Of a stretch of DNA of 64,000 nt, positions 39,065 through 53,413 are shown piece by piece. Source of the DNA: Balanoglossus misakiensis. Its lineage: Eukaryota > Animalia > Hemichordata. Within the stretch, counting starts at the first letter, position 1, and each line of letters opens with the position of its first letter. The notes under the pieces were generated by a model. The model was not told the DNA's origin. It saw only the letters and a list, made by a program, of their open reading frames with translations, and made no database searches. A program made the translations under genes and the position numbers. Location: assembly GCA_040954595.2 (NCBI GenBank), contig CM082589.2, forward strand, positions 62,001 to 126,000, in the 5' to 3' direction.

Positions 39065-42000
39065 ATACCACTTGACTGAAAGGGAGTTGGTTGATAATAT
39101 GGGGGTGAACTGAAAGAGGTTTTTTAGACCCAGAAAGATGCTGCTCTGGTTGGGGACTTCTGCAGGTCAACAATCTCATATCTGACAGTTCCAAAATCAA
39201 CCTGAAATGTAAGAAATACAAGATAATATGAATATTCATCATTTGTTCAAAGGAAAAAGAGAGTGAAAATGATACATTATTGCATGCACCCAAATTATAC
39301 AGCCAGGCAACAACATATATAAGTTAGAAAAGCACATGAGAAGTTTAACAAGTTGGAAAACGGAATAAAAGATGAACTTTGAAAATGCCATCACCTGTGT
39401 TGAAATGAAGTGAAAAAATGGACTTGATTAGTAAAAGACATAACATTTGTGTTGTTGACCACATGGTTGCGCTGTTAGATTTCTTTGCTGAAATATTCAT
39501 ATTGATGTATGAAAAACTAATAAAAGTGTGTGTGGGGGTGTGTGTGTTCCAATTTGCTGGTGTTGTTCTTATTATTACATTATGGTCAGAAGCTTTATAT
39601 TCTTTGCTGCAAGTTAAGTAAAAGCCTGCAAGATGAAGAAAGTGAAACAGGAATTCAAGTATGTGCAAAGGCTTGAGTTTTGCATTAAAATAACTTCTGT
39701 GACTTTGATCAGTAAATACTGCATTGAGGCTAGGGAAGTAAGGATTGGCAAGATTTGGAAGTTTTCAAGGCTTGGACGTAAAAGGAACGCTGTTTTTTTG
39801 TTAGTGGGTTGGAAAATAATAAAAGTGTGCGAGGTTGTACCGGAGATCAGTGTGGTTTCTTGCTGGGTTGGGCACCAGGGTTAGAGACAGCAGAAGCGGT
39901 AACTGCTAAGGTGTTCAGATCCAGCAAGGTGACATACTGAAACGCCGGCCATAAATCAGTCTGCGTGTGAAAAGCAATCCAATATCAATTAAACAAAACA
40001 AAACAAACACTGTCAAAGTTTGTCAAGTTTTCATATCACAGCAAGGATGTAGACAATTCTTGTTTTGTAGCCAGCAAAATTAAGGGTATAGGAGCACACT
40101 ACTGGTAATTTATGTTCAAGTCCAAGACCTGGATATGGTCAGTATTTTTTTTTGCTCCCAGACACTTGTTTTTGCTGCCTGCCAGTTCTTTTCTACATCA
40201 GTGCCAGGGAACATGTGAAGTATACAACAGCTTTGATACACTGTGTGAAAAAAGCAAGGTTAGTTGAAAACTGCATCAAAGTTTGTCATCTTCTGTGCCA
40301 ACACACTATCCATCTGTTGTTCCGTGTGATCACATAATGTGCAGCACAATAAATGCTGGAAATTGACTTCATTCTGGGGTTGGTGATTCAAAAGTTGAAA
40401 TTTCAGGGTTTGTATGAAGTGTGTGTGAAGGGTAGAACCACTGAAGTGATGTTGTGATATCATTTAGATCATGAGACAAAAACAGTGATGTCTAAACCGA
40501 ACGCCAAATGCACTGAAGTAATTGTTCCAATTTTCAGAGGTGTACGGTTTATAGAAGTTCTTCTAACATATGATTCTTTGTCAAAGGGACAGAGATGTGT
40601 TCTGTATAGACAGGTTTCCAGATTAGACATGGTTCGGTTTAGACAGGTCTTATTGTAGAATGGGAGGGGTTGGTGAGCACCACTGTGTATTGTCAACACT
40701 GCAACTGTGAGACTGATGGGTTAATTCCCAGTCCCATATAAATGACAAGACATACATATCCATAGATCTTAAGGCAAACTGAAAACTATCCAGCTAATTT
40801 TGCCATTACTCAAGACGTATTTGAAACTACCGGTCATCTGAGTTCCATCATCATCTGGAGTTGTTTGCTGGAGATCAAGAGTAAAATGGGGGTGATTTCT
40901 GAACACACTTGCAACGACAGACAGAATGTCTCAGAAAGTCAAAGGTCACCTCAACCTATAATTCTTTGATATCAAATGACGTCAGATGCAGTCACGGGCG
41001 TTAAATTTCCAGCTGACAGGCAACTTGGTGCAGACGAAACGCCATGAGGCTGATGAGCCTAATACAATTGTTTCTCGTCATGTTTCAGTAATTTTGCTCT
41101 TTGTATCAACTAAATTTTCTTCTACTACATTCAATTATTTGGTTTGTCATCAACACAAGTCAAACATGAGACCCGAGATCGAGTCACAATCTTCTTCAAA
41201 CTTAAAGAAGTAAGAATACAGATTGATGTCTGGAACTTACCCCATCAAAAGTTCCCCTCTTGTTGCGTCCTATTCCTGCATTTTTATGAGAAAGCACTTC
41301 TGGGTCGAAGCCATCCATACTGGGTCTACATACATAAAAGAAAATGTAAAACATAGATTACTTCTCAGAATGTTACTCAGAGTATTAAATCTGCTTCTGT
41401 GAAATGGTGAGGTTTGTGTTATGTTGTTCTGTTTGGCATCAGGATAAAAAAGTTGATACACAGACCAAAGATGTGACAGAAAAAACATGAAAGTTTATAA
41501 TTATTATCCTGAAAACAAATATATTTTTATATCTGTGATCTGTATATCAGGTTTAGTGATTGTAATTACATGTTTCAATTATTCTACTGCCTACTCTACC
41601 CTAAAATTCGTATAAAAGTACAAATGTTTTCAGGGAAAATATACATTATATTATAAATTACAGATTAACATGAAGACTGTATTATTCTGAAAGTTTTATT
41701 ACTGTAACTAAAGATAGTAATCACACAATGTAGTATGTGCATGTTACGTTTAACTAAGACCTTAAAACCTGGAGTTTTTCATACACAGATATTAAACATT
41801 TACTGGAAGAACTACATCAGATTTGGAAGTGGACTATGGGGTGGATTTACTCTGATATTACTACAAAAGACAGAAGATGATCTAAATCACAAAAATTGCT
41901 ATTTACAGGTTGATGTTTCTCTCAAGCTCTCTCAGCTGGGTCATAGGGTCATCGCCATGAGTACTAGATGATTGACAGGCACATGAAAAATATTACACAT

Positions 42001-45000
42001 ATTTAATAACCAGAGGATATGACAAATATGCTTATATTTAAAATATTTTCAAAACTGGAGTGTTGTACGAGCTCTGTTAAATGCTGTAACATAAAGTTCA
42101 CATTTTTCATGAACAAAAATACATGTATTACATTGTTACTTTTCTGTGATTTGGAGCATTCTTGTTTATTCAGTGAATACTCCAAATCACAGAAAAGTAA
42201 CACCATTATAACTAAAGACAATTTAGGAAAGATAAATCATAAATTCACCTCTTACCAAAAGTGTGTGTGCCTTCACTACAGTGGAAAGCATTGCAAAAAT
42301 TACCAACAAAAAATTATGAAAATTAAATCAAAGCAATGGATGATAATGATGAACAAAATTATGGTGATTGGTGGTGATTTGTACATGATGGTGTATCTTG
42401 AATGAAAAGATGTGTGCAATGAACTAATAATGCTAATGTATTTCTTTGATGTCTAAAAAGACTTCAACCATGTTTAAACCTTTCACCACCACTTTCATCT
42501 GTAGAGCAACAATTTTACCATAAAAACAATGGATTTAGGTCAAACGAGAGGCGGAGAGGGGAGACTAGATCATTCACTGCGAAAAGGTGCCTTGGGAATA
42601 ACGTACCATTTTAAACAGCCTTTTAACATCATGTAAGCTAGTGATGGTATGAGCAAAAAATGAGAAAAAAAATACCAAGTGAGATAACTTGTTAGAATGA
42701 TTAGATGGATCAAGATATGAAATACAGAAAAATGTTTGATTCGTGCAATGAAGGAAAATGAGTCAGTGATTTGATGGAACAGCAGTGTACGTGTTGCCCA
42801 GGAGATCTGTCTGTGAAATTAGCAAATGTGGTGTGTGTCTGTAGTGATGGCAAAGGGATTGTCTTTGATATCATTATGATATGGATGGTGCATGGAGTTG
42901 AGAAGCTTTTTGCATGTACTGCAAAACGAGTGTTTATAATCCGTAGCTAACACAGTGCTTACGGTTTTTCGGTTTAGCCAAGGCATGTTTTTTTGCTATT
43001 GAAGTAAAAGTTGTGACCGAAAACATCTATGCTGAAGGAAAGTGCTGTCATTTGCAACTCTGTGTCATAGCTGAGCAAGGAAAACAAAACATTCCCAAAT
43101 GCTGAGACGGAAGCCACAGGAAACAGAGTTCAACGGATGCTTAAAAAATAAACTCAATACTGAAAAGTGTAGAACCATTTTCAGTAAGCTTACTATTTCT
43201 TGCACACTGTGCAATCCAATACATAAAACAGAAAAACAAAAAAAGAATTTAAATAAACTGCAACACCACAGGTAAAAAGCAAAACTTAGACAAACTATAA
43301 CCAGATTGAACCTGGTTATCACAGAGTGCGAAATGAGTTGATTGCAAAGTGTTGGGTTCATACAATGGTGTGCTTCACTCATTGCATGGACTGTGGACAC
43401 ATACCAATTTTTTCATGAGTTTTCGCAATGCTTTTGCGCTACTTTTCCGAGCAGGGGGTAAAAATGGGGTTAGGAATATATGATGGTAAGTAAGCCAAGG
43501 TTATTGCGGTATATTTGTAAGCATGTCTATTGTCTGTAAATTGGTTTGGTTAGTGTAATGTGACAGTATTACTGCATGATCAGTGGAGGTAAGTGGAGGT
43601 GGGTGATAACTTGATGAAGGTGGCCATGCAGTGAGATGTCTGCAGGCATGTTCAGATATCTTTGGGTTCATGCCAGGTGCAGGTTGGTTGTTGATGGGTG
43701 TGTGTGTGAATCGGTGAGGCATGAAAGCGGGTTGTGCAAGTTTGTTCAACCAGCACATGCTGCAAGTCAATGCAGGGTGAATTAAGTGAGTGCAATATTT
43801 CCACTCCCTTGTGGCAAAACTCTTGTTTGATGAAATGAAACTAAAGCAAACTCGAATGGAAACTTCAATACACATCAGCATGCAGAAACCACAAAACATG
43901 ACAGAAATTGGTCTCCTACCTTCTAGGGGACATTTTTTCTGCTTGGGGTAAAAGTTTCACTGCAGCACCTTCTACTGGGGGTTCTCCTGCAATGGAAAAT
44001 ATTCACTTGTATAAGATCAGACATTCACATAAGTGCAGTTCTGCAACAACAGCACATCTGTGTTTAACAATTACCTTGTCCACTTGTTACTGAGGGTATT
44101 GTACCAATCAGTCCAGAGGGAAGACTCTTAGTGGCTCTTCTACCACGCGTCTTTTTCTTCTTTTCCATATCACTGTCTGTTCCACTACCTTTCCTGTTGT
44201 AATACCCTTTAGAGCTTGGACTATGAGAGGCACTTCTTCTCTTGCTGGTGGACGCTTTTCTAAATCTTCGCTTCGGCGGGTCAGATCTGAAACACACACC
44301 AATAATCTTTTAAGCACAGATCAGCTTGCAAAGTAGACTCACTTTGCTACTCATTTGAAACACTAAAGTGAAATTCTCTTTTAATTACATATATATGTTT
44401 GCCTTATTGTGTATGATGAATACTTACGCTGGTGGATCAAACATTCCTCTTGGTCGAGTCATAGTGCCTCTATCAGCTGACTGGTGAGGGTTGTAACCAC
44501 TTGGTTTGTGTGGATGAATGATCCGAAGTCCAGGAGTCTGTCAGACAATATCACATCATAACTATTAAGTGCCAAGACTACCACTGAAACTGACAGCTCA
44601 CTGAGAAAGGAGTGAGATGATATGCGTCTGACCATTAAATCTTTAGGAGACTAGAAGGAATTACACTTGTAAAAAGTTGTATATTCTCATTCTAACAGAA
44701 TGGTCCCAAGATTTAATGGTCTATCACACCTAAGTTCTGTTGCCATCAGTTTCCCTTACAATATTCTTATTTTCATTTCACAACAGAAAGAAGCTTTGAT
44801 TTGCATTACATTGCAATTGCTGTGCCTTGAACACATATTGCTTGGCTAGCTCAGTAGCTGTGAGGGCTTTGGCACCTGCGTTCAGAATTGTTTGCTATTC
44901 CCCAACAGGGAGTGCACAGCAGTCTCATGTGACAAGGCAATAGCTGATCTGACTATTTCCCCCACTTTCCTGCCACATGACTAGTTCTGGCCAATCACAA

Positions 45001-48000
45001 CACAGCACGAGCAATAGATAAATAGAAAAGATAATAACATCCTGAACAAACAAGGTAAACTATTGATCAAAGCTTCCAGCTGTTACGTTTGGAAAATAGC
45101 AACATTGTATGGAAAACTATGGACATTTTCCAGCACAACGATGCTGTCTACAACAAGTTCGCACAGCAACAATATATGATTTCAACTGACCACATCACAA
45201 GGGAGGAAATAATCATGGAATGACTACAAATAAGTCACCATGAAATTCACTCAGAATGCAAATGTTTTCTTCACACAAAACATGTCTATTAGGGTATACC
45301 ATTGGTAAAGGAATTTGACCCAAGATGCATCACTCTCTAGCTGGATTCTATCGTCACAATACAGGCATGCACACAGGAAAACACACCCAGGGTGTTATCT
45401 GAGCAATGACCTCACCCAGGGTGTTATCAGACCAGGGATTACACACACAAGGGTGTTATCAGACTGGTGATAACATGGGTTGGGTGATGGGTCTGTAATA
45501 ATAAGACACACAATTCACTCTGGTATAATCTGTTGATCAGAGGAGATGGGTTGGGTTGGGATAATAAGATTGGGAACATGCAACGTTGCTCCCTCTACAA
45601 GGAAAACGCACAGTCACACATCATGCAAGTTTTGGTGTGTGTCTGAACTCTTTTTCAGGAAACTGCAGGTACAATATTACTATGAGTATGACCAGGTGAC
45701 TGAAGTGTTTAACAGTTGGGTGCCAATATCAGTTGCATAATTTATTAACGTTTAATATTTAAAGCTTCTAGAATGTCAGACCAAGTTGACACTGATTAAA
45801 ACCGACATGCTCGCTGCAATATTTTGGGGAAACCTTCATGAACTGACCTCATAATAAGTAACCTCTTGCATTTTCTAAAATTGGTCAAAAAATAAATAAA
45901 TACAAGTTATCATTCTCTCAATCACCAATTTAGAGAAAGCATAGCTTTTGTGTCTGATCTGAGTTCTTGTTTAGTTGAACTGAGTTCATATATGAAGCTT
46001 GGCTCAGTAGTGTTGTCAATTCTAGGAAGACTGGTCTAAAACCTACAGTTGCAGATTGTAACAGATCATGGACACAAAAGCTATGCGTTCATTGTTTTAA
46101 ACAGCATGAAAAATTCACTAGTGAAGACTTCATACAGGACCCCAAGCCCATCATTCTACGGATCTCATAAGAATATTTATCTGCATAAGTCTTGAACTGA
46201 GGGAATTTTTCAAGTCTGTTTTGAAAACTAGCACTAGTTTAAAAGACGAAAGCCAAGTTCTGATTACGAGAGACCCTTTTCTCTCTAAGGTGAACAACAA
46301 ATGGCAGAAAACTATGTTTCTGAAGTGTTCAAAAGACCAAGAAAAAATGCGAGTCATCATTCTGTTCTCCATTGAACACATTCATACAACAGATATAACC
46401 TAAATACAGTTCGTCTTCTTGATAGTAACATAACTGAGAAATATCGCAAAGATAAGCAGCATTTATAGCATGCTTCAATAATTATTGTTCGAAGAATCAC
46501 ACAAAAGCATAACATGCTTCACAGCTTTTTGCATAACTATTAGCTCAAAACTTGGCTTTCACACAATTTATTTTAAAACCATATTACCCATTACTAGTTA
46601 GTTTGCATACTTTAAAAGTGTTTCTGTCGTTCTAGTTTAAGGTCAACCTTTTTGCCAATGTCACCACTCAAACTATTTAATATTTATGCTCTAACCCACA
46701 TCACTGCTCACCAGCATTTAAACAGCTGACAAAATAAATTTATATAATTAGAAATGAACTGAAATTAGTAATGATCGTACACAAAGGTACCATAACAAAG
46801 TTTATTTCTGACAACCATGTGACTTAGATCAATTTGAGTTTTGTTTTAGGCAGACCTTACTTCTGAAAATGCCATGCACAATTATCTTGAGCAAAACAGA
46901 AGCGGCAAATGAAAGGAAAGGCGGAGAACACACTGCTGTATGAGAGAGCGGCTACATGCAGATGTAACACAAATGATGCCATAGAATTACCACAGAACTA
47001 GGGAGCTTTTTAAAATTATGTTCACATGCATTGCTTGGTATCAAGATACATGCAATTACTGAGTACATTCATGTCAGCAGCTGGTTGAACTACAAAAGTC
47101 CACAGATCTTAATATTTTGTCTTGCCAGCTTTTTGCATTTCCATTAAAATGGCACAGTCACATAAAAGCTGGACCAATATATGGACCAGAATAGGGGGTG
47201 AAAGGTTCATCTTCAAAAATCTGATTTTGAAATGGTAAATTAGCAATTGACAAAATAATCACATCTCCAAACTCTGGCAGTTCAACTTGGTCACCCCCTG
47301 CAGTCCTTGTAGTTTGGAATGACCCCATGCATCTGCATGTCAGCGGGTCATTCTATTGTACAGGAAGAAAGGTGGGGAGCAGGCACATCCAGTGTGGTTG
47401 TATTTACCATGGTTGGGACATTCATGGGAATACGGTGTTCATGCCTGGATAGACATCTTGGTGGTGGCGGTGGTTGTAGCATTGTTGATAGATTGCCACT
47501 GGGCTGTCAATATCCAGTCATATGATTAGTACTGACAAATCTACTCACCATATCATCCCTGTTTTGTTTTGCTTTATTTTGTTGTTATTGTTTATATTTT
47601 GAAAACACTGAGAGTCTAACTAAGAACCTTACCACTTTTACTACAGTCACTAGACATGAAATGTATCATCACCCTTTTTTACACCAAGACACATTTACAC
47701 ACTATCACCATAGATACAGAACTTATTATTTACTTTAAAAACACAAACACTATATGCCTATTACTTTGGACACCTCAAAAGCCAACCTGGGATGCCTCAC
47801 ATGACTGGTCCAATCACCAAGAATATGAATGAAGATTTTAAAAAGAGACATACAGATACATGGTATATGTATCTTCCATTCTGGGAAGACATCCCTTACA
47901 ATGCAAACTATATTTTGTTTTCTAAGGCACCAACTTATACAATGGTACAGTATCCCTTATGTTAAAGACAGAAAATGAACTAAAATGAAGAGAATATGTT

Positions 48001-51000
48001 ATTTTATCCATTCTGTCAGTATGTAATCGAAACAATTTCACAGAGTCAGTTTGTCAATTTGCTGTATTCCTTTAACATTTTCACACTGTTTCCCTAAATG
48101 TTAAGTCTAAATTTACTATGGATTTAGACTGAATGGACCTACAAAAAATTGATACTTACTGGTCTGGTAAATAGTCTTTCATCCTCTGTAGTTGAGCTGT
48201 CTGATGATCTCTGTTTCATCAAACGACTGGGGACGTCACTGGTCGTCGTGGTGAGGGCAAGCGTGACCGGAATGGAGCTGTGTGACTGCATTGGGTTATT
48301 AGGGCTGCTGGGATTGGTCACAGGGTTGCCGTGGTTACTGAGGGATGGGGTGGGGACGGTACTGGTGGTGGGCGTTAAGGAGGATGTGGAAGTTGAACGC
48401 TGATGTTGGAAATGTTGCTGTTGTTGCATTACACGCTTCCGTCTTTCCATTGATGCCCTGGTTTCTGTTATCAAACAAACATGGACTTTGATTATATTGC
48501 TCCCCCTACTGGGATCTATGGATTTCAATCACACAATACATCATACCATATCACATCTCCAGAGTAATAATCATGCATACACTGATTTCACAGCTAGGGT
48601 AATTTTTACATACCTCTGACAGGTGCAAGAGGTCTTGTTTGTCGATTCCTGTAACTTGGATTGGCTGTCACGGAAGAAGTACTGCTTGACGTCGTGGTAA
48701 CAGAGGACGTTGAGCCAGTTGCCGTGGTAGTTGTCACGGTAGCGGTGGATGAGGTGGAAACGCCCGACGACAGTTCTGCCAGTAACCTACCCCTAACCGG
48801 TGGATTGTAACTTGTTGCTGATGCTACCATACTGCAAAAGTCAGACATACAGAACAGTGTTGTCAGAGGTGACACAAATACAGAGAGATTGCTAGGTATG
48901 GTGTTCAACCCTTTCACCGCCATGGTTCAGTCCTAACCTATTGTTTTCTATGGTACAGTTGGACCTCTAAAGAGGGAGCTGGGGGTGAAAGGGTTAAAGG
49001 GGGAGGGTCATTTGAAGTGCACAACTTTTCTGTTTATAAACACACTACACAGCGCAGCATTCTTACCATGATGTCTTGGAGGCCATTCTCGACATTCTCT
49101 TGGGCAGTGAGGGTGCACCTCTAGAACTGCGTAAGAACTTCACCAGCCACATACGAACACCTTCCAGATGTGTGTGCTCAGTCAGTGTAAGACGAGACCA
49201 GGGATTACAGTTTGCATAGTCCAATGCTGCTATAGCAACAGCTCTGCCAACCTGAGTTAAAAGTGTCAGAAGTCAACATGATTTTAGGTATGAGAACTCC
49301 TGTAGACAATTCATTATGAAGAGATCATCAACATATTATCAAACAATCATATCACAATTCTCTGCATAAACACTAAAACAGTACTACATCTACTTTCTGT
49401 TCAATTCAATACAATACAACACAATCAGCACAGTGCAGAACAGTACAGTACAATACAATACAGTACAACATGCTTGGGTATACTGCTTGCTTACCTCTTC
49501 ATAATGTGCTTGTGTGTATTTTGGAGGAAACCCAATCAGTGGTGGTGGTGTAGCTCGACCATCATCCATTGTTGCTGGGGCTATTGGGTTCACCATTCTG
49601 CCAGAGTTGTAATTACATTCTAATGTATAGCTGTTGAAAATAAGTCAGACATTTTCATTATTGGCGTGATTTGACCATGAAGAATTTCTTCAGCTCTTTG
49701 GGATTTTTAAAATACTTTTTAAGGTGACTTGGCTTGTATTCAAGGACTTCTTTCAGTTGGCAGTTTCCCCGTCCTTTCAGGTTAAAATGTTTGTTGGAAG
49801 TTAAATCTTTTTAGCTACACAACTATATAAGAAATTTCTCACCTGTGTACAATCCCAATGGTTTTATGTATTGCCACTCGACCACTGCCCTCTTTTGACA
49901 TTCCATCTCTCCTGTCTTTCGAATACATATTCTTCTCAGTGAAGTTACACCCAGTGAAATCAAAGTGTGCAGTGTTCAACGAAATCAGCTTAGGAAACAG
50001 CAAGTTCTCAAGTTGTTGCTGATCGTCTTCAAGGTGGTTGCCATAGATAAAGCATCCTCTCTTGGACGCATGTCCATGCAAGTCAACGTAGAATGCAATC
50101 CCACTTTCCCTCCACGGGATAGACAGGTAGTCATTCTCATCGCTGTCTTTCGAATCAGACGTATAAGAATCACTTCTCTTTTCATCCCCTGACCGTAAAC
50201 TCAGACCACTGACCTCTTTGCAAAGGTCACTCTCTGTGGCTTCCCCGTCAGAAGCACCGGAATCGTCCTTACAATCGTCAAGTCTGGTCATGGAGTCTGA
50301 ATTAGGCACCAGGACTGAGTCTCCACAAGCACTGTTTGGGACAACCATCTCTTCTCCCGGAAGAGCCTTATTTTCAGCCGTGTCCCCACTATTTCTTCCT
50401 CCAGCCTTACTTTCAGAAATGTGAATATTCTCCAGTCCAACATCCCCATTCTGTTTGGCACTAGATTGCTGACCAGCCCCACTATGAACCACGATGATAG
50501 CATTAGGTTTGATGTCTATCTCGCTCTCTGTCTCTGGCAGTTTTTCCTGTTTTGCAGTTTTCGGTCCAGGAGCTGCAGCCTTAAGGCCTGGCTCTTCCGG
50601 TTTGACAAATCGGTATTGGACGTGGTAATATGAAATCAATGCTTTTGCCGCATAGATGGACGGGTGAAGATTACAATCAGGATCAAGGTACACTCTGTTC
50701 AGGTTGACTCCACGCTGATCCGTTCGATAATGTCCCCTCATCACACCATCTGGATTCAACAAGGGGATCAGTTTAAACACATAGTGTTTCCTCAGCTGTT
50801 GGGCTCTGGGATCATATGGACGGAGTATGAAGTCAAGAAAACCGTTGAAAACAAAACTGGCAGGTGTCTCTCCAGGATGAACTCGACTTGAAAGGAAAAA
50901 CACCTTAAACAAAACAAAGGAATCTGGTTTAGTTTCTAAACAGTTTACAAGTAAATTAGTGGAAAGTACCCCAGACTGATGTAAAAACAGAGTACGATAA

Positions 51001-53413
51001 AGAGCTGAATTTGTATTTGAAGCATTGCCATGGTAATATGTAGTTAATTCTGATTGAATTATTCCACACAGCTTGATTCGGTGCAGTTAACTTTATATCA
51101 CGCAGTCAGTACAAGGATATTTTGTCACCAATTATATCAAAATGTGTTGAAAGAAAATTACAGCTCGCTGAATTACTCCAATCTGCAAGCAGCCTTGGTT
51201 CTCGGTGCACACACAACATAACCCATGTAATTACATTAACCCATTTATAAAACCATACAATTCTCCCAGTCTCACAGCTTTTCAGGGTTGTTTAATCAAG
51301 AAAAGAAATTGCTTTTACAGACGCATTGCCTGTAGTACCACATCATTTCAATAAAAATATACTGATGGCCTCTGCTAATCAAATTTTTGCATGACAGCCT
51401 TTCACAGGGTTTCTGAACAGTGGAGATTGAGAAGCAACCACAATTTACATCCTATTTTGAATTATGCCCTCCATAGATTGACCTAAAACATTTCTCATTC
51501 ACAGGCACTCTTACACTCTGCCCAGACCAATGATTTTCTGACAATAGTCTGCAGCACAGGTACCTACTAAGTGTTTTTCACCATTGTTGTTGTGCTGTTT
51601 ATGCAAACAAAAGACTGAAAAACACAAAGTGAGTACATATAGCATATCGGAACAACAACTTATGTGGGAGAGATATGGACCAAGATCAGAAGCAAGCCAA
51701 TTTGGGCAACAGCCTTAGTGGGTAAGAAATACTGATCATATGGTGACTTTTCTTCTTCCACATGATCAGAAAAAAAAATAGGAGAGGTTTGACAAGAATG
51801 CAGTGAACTGTGGCACTTTGTTCTCACTCAAAGAAAGCTTTAGACAGTCAGCTATTTTAAAAAGACATGCCATTTCTATATAGCATCCACCAGAGTGATC
51901 AAATACAAGAGATTAACCTTTGACACCTGCATCTATCACCAATTACATTGTATATCTCATTGTTGGGGTTGGCATAGTGATAGGATTTAAATGTCACTCC
52001 ATTACAATGGAAATGCTTAGCAATCCACAAATGTACAATATAGCTAACAAACTGACTTATACAGCTTCATGACACTCAAACGCAAAACTAAATGTACTTT
52101 CTTCACATTTCACTTTTAAATCACATGGCTGTATTTTTTATAACTTCTGTCCATACTTACTCTTTTGCCTTTAAATATGTGTGCTCTTGGAGTGTCTTCA
52201 TCCGGAAAGAGCTTTTCCAGACGTGATTCCCTCTCTTCCGTCATCCCATGGCATGATGTAATGGTCACTAAATCCACCCGGTTTTTATCCAGAGAGTGGC
52301 ATGCAAGTTCTCTGTGATAATATATCGTATCTGGTGGACTGTAAAAAAGACAAGATGATGAGACACGCAACTGTACAACACATCACGCCATTCGATCAGA
52401 TTTCACTATGTCACTCAAAGAATGATTACTATCCAATCAGTGTTCATGTGATACAATGCTTTGAGTCTACAGGACAACATGGTTTTATCTACATGTACAG
52501 TATACTTTACCAAATCCAAATTTCACTAAATATTACACATTTCCATAGCAACAACTTACCTATGTGGTGTAAGTCTTTGGCAACTGGAGAACTGCTCATC
52601 TAACTTTTCAAATTTGTTTTGGTATTCAATGTATGACATGGGGTAACAGAAAGCAAAATATACAGCAGATCCTTTGGTTTCAAACCGGTATGTAAATGAC
52701 AAGATGAACTGTCCATCCACAGTCTGTAAAATGAGAAATAAAGTATTAATGGTCAAGTGACATTAGAGTTGTGAAATAAATATGATAATGGAATATTCAA
52801 TAGATGCAAAATTGGGTTCTGAATGAGGAAATGTTTGTCCAATTTAAAACCGTAAAGTGACACTAGGATTGGAAAGGTGGTCATAGGCAAATTTACCTCG
52901 TATGTTGGTCTGTCACGTATTCTTTCCCATTTTGGCTTTCCCGGAATAACTTTCACAACTGGTGACATTCCTTGGCTGTACAGCTTTCCCTGTTTATTCA
53001 TATTCATCACATTGATCTTCAGCAGTTTTCCCATAATGCCACCTTTGACTGCAAAATAAAACCAGGATCTACAAAAAGAAAACAAACATGGAAAATGTCA
53101 ACACCTGATTTCCAAGGAGTTTCAGAATCGGCAACTGAACACAGTAATCAGAATACTCCACTCCATAGCTGAAAGTATGATTAAAAGTTAAAGGCAAATG
53201 TACAGACCTGTTTCCATTTTCAAACTCTGTACCACCACAGTCTGGTTTAGTCCACACGTTATATTCAAGATCTGGAATAGGACACGGATCACCAATCCGA
53301 CTGGGTGTAAAATCCATATCATCTTCATCCCTGCTCACTCTCTCAACCCTGGCTAAATTTCCAGAGTCAAATTTGGAAGTGAAGAGAAGACCACCACTCC
53401 GTACTTCAACCAT
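39065..53413 (-). CDS. AGBL5: Cytosolic carboxypeptidase-like 5 (tubulin deglutamylase); 3' exons below about 48.1 kb uncertain
   Basis: [24 protein letters not shown] start; ENGNRSWFYF, YFAFCYP, RVHPGET (Zn HxxE), [52 protein letters not shown]. Exons about 53208-53413, 52897-53068, 52560-52703, 52161-52340, 49843-50905, 49495-49631, 49066-49252, then low-complexity exons (48.6, 48.2, 44.4, 44.1, 43.9 kb, possibly down to 39.1 kb). Confidence 0.88.
40485..40657. mobile_element. Degenerate pogo-type MITE remnant
   Basis: TGTCTAAACCGAAC...GTTCGGTTTAGACA inverted motif and repeated TAGACAGG units, ending ..TTGTA. Confidence 0.45.
42479..42561 (+). mobile_element. Degenerate copy of the TTAA mini-MITE
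   Basis: CCTTTCACCACC...TTACCATAAAAACAATGGATTTAGG; right terminus decayed. Confidence 0.5.
48909..48993 (-). mobile_element. 85-bp TTAA mini-MITE copy (inverted) in AGBL5 intron
   Basis: CCCTTTCACCGCCATGG...GGGGGTGAAAGGG|TTAA, reverse complement of the other copies. Confidence 0.8.

Noticed and set aside
44843-44915. TAGCTCAGTAG A-box as a tRNA gene
   Set aside because: No B-box or cloverleaf visible.
45382-45465. CACCCAGGGTG repeats matching the apex of the 63.1-kb hairpin
   Set aside because: Only an 11-bp match within a degenerate local tandem repeat; likely coincidence.
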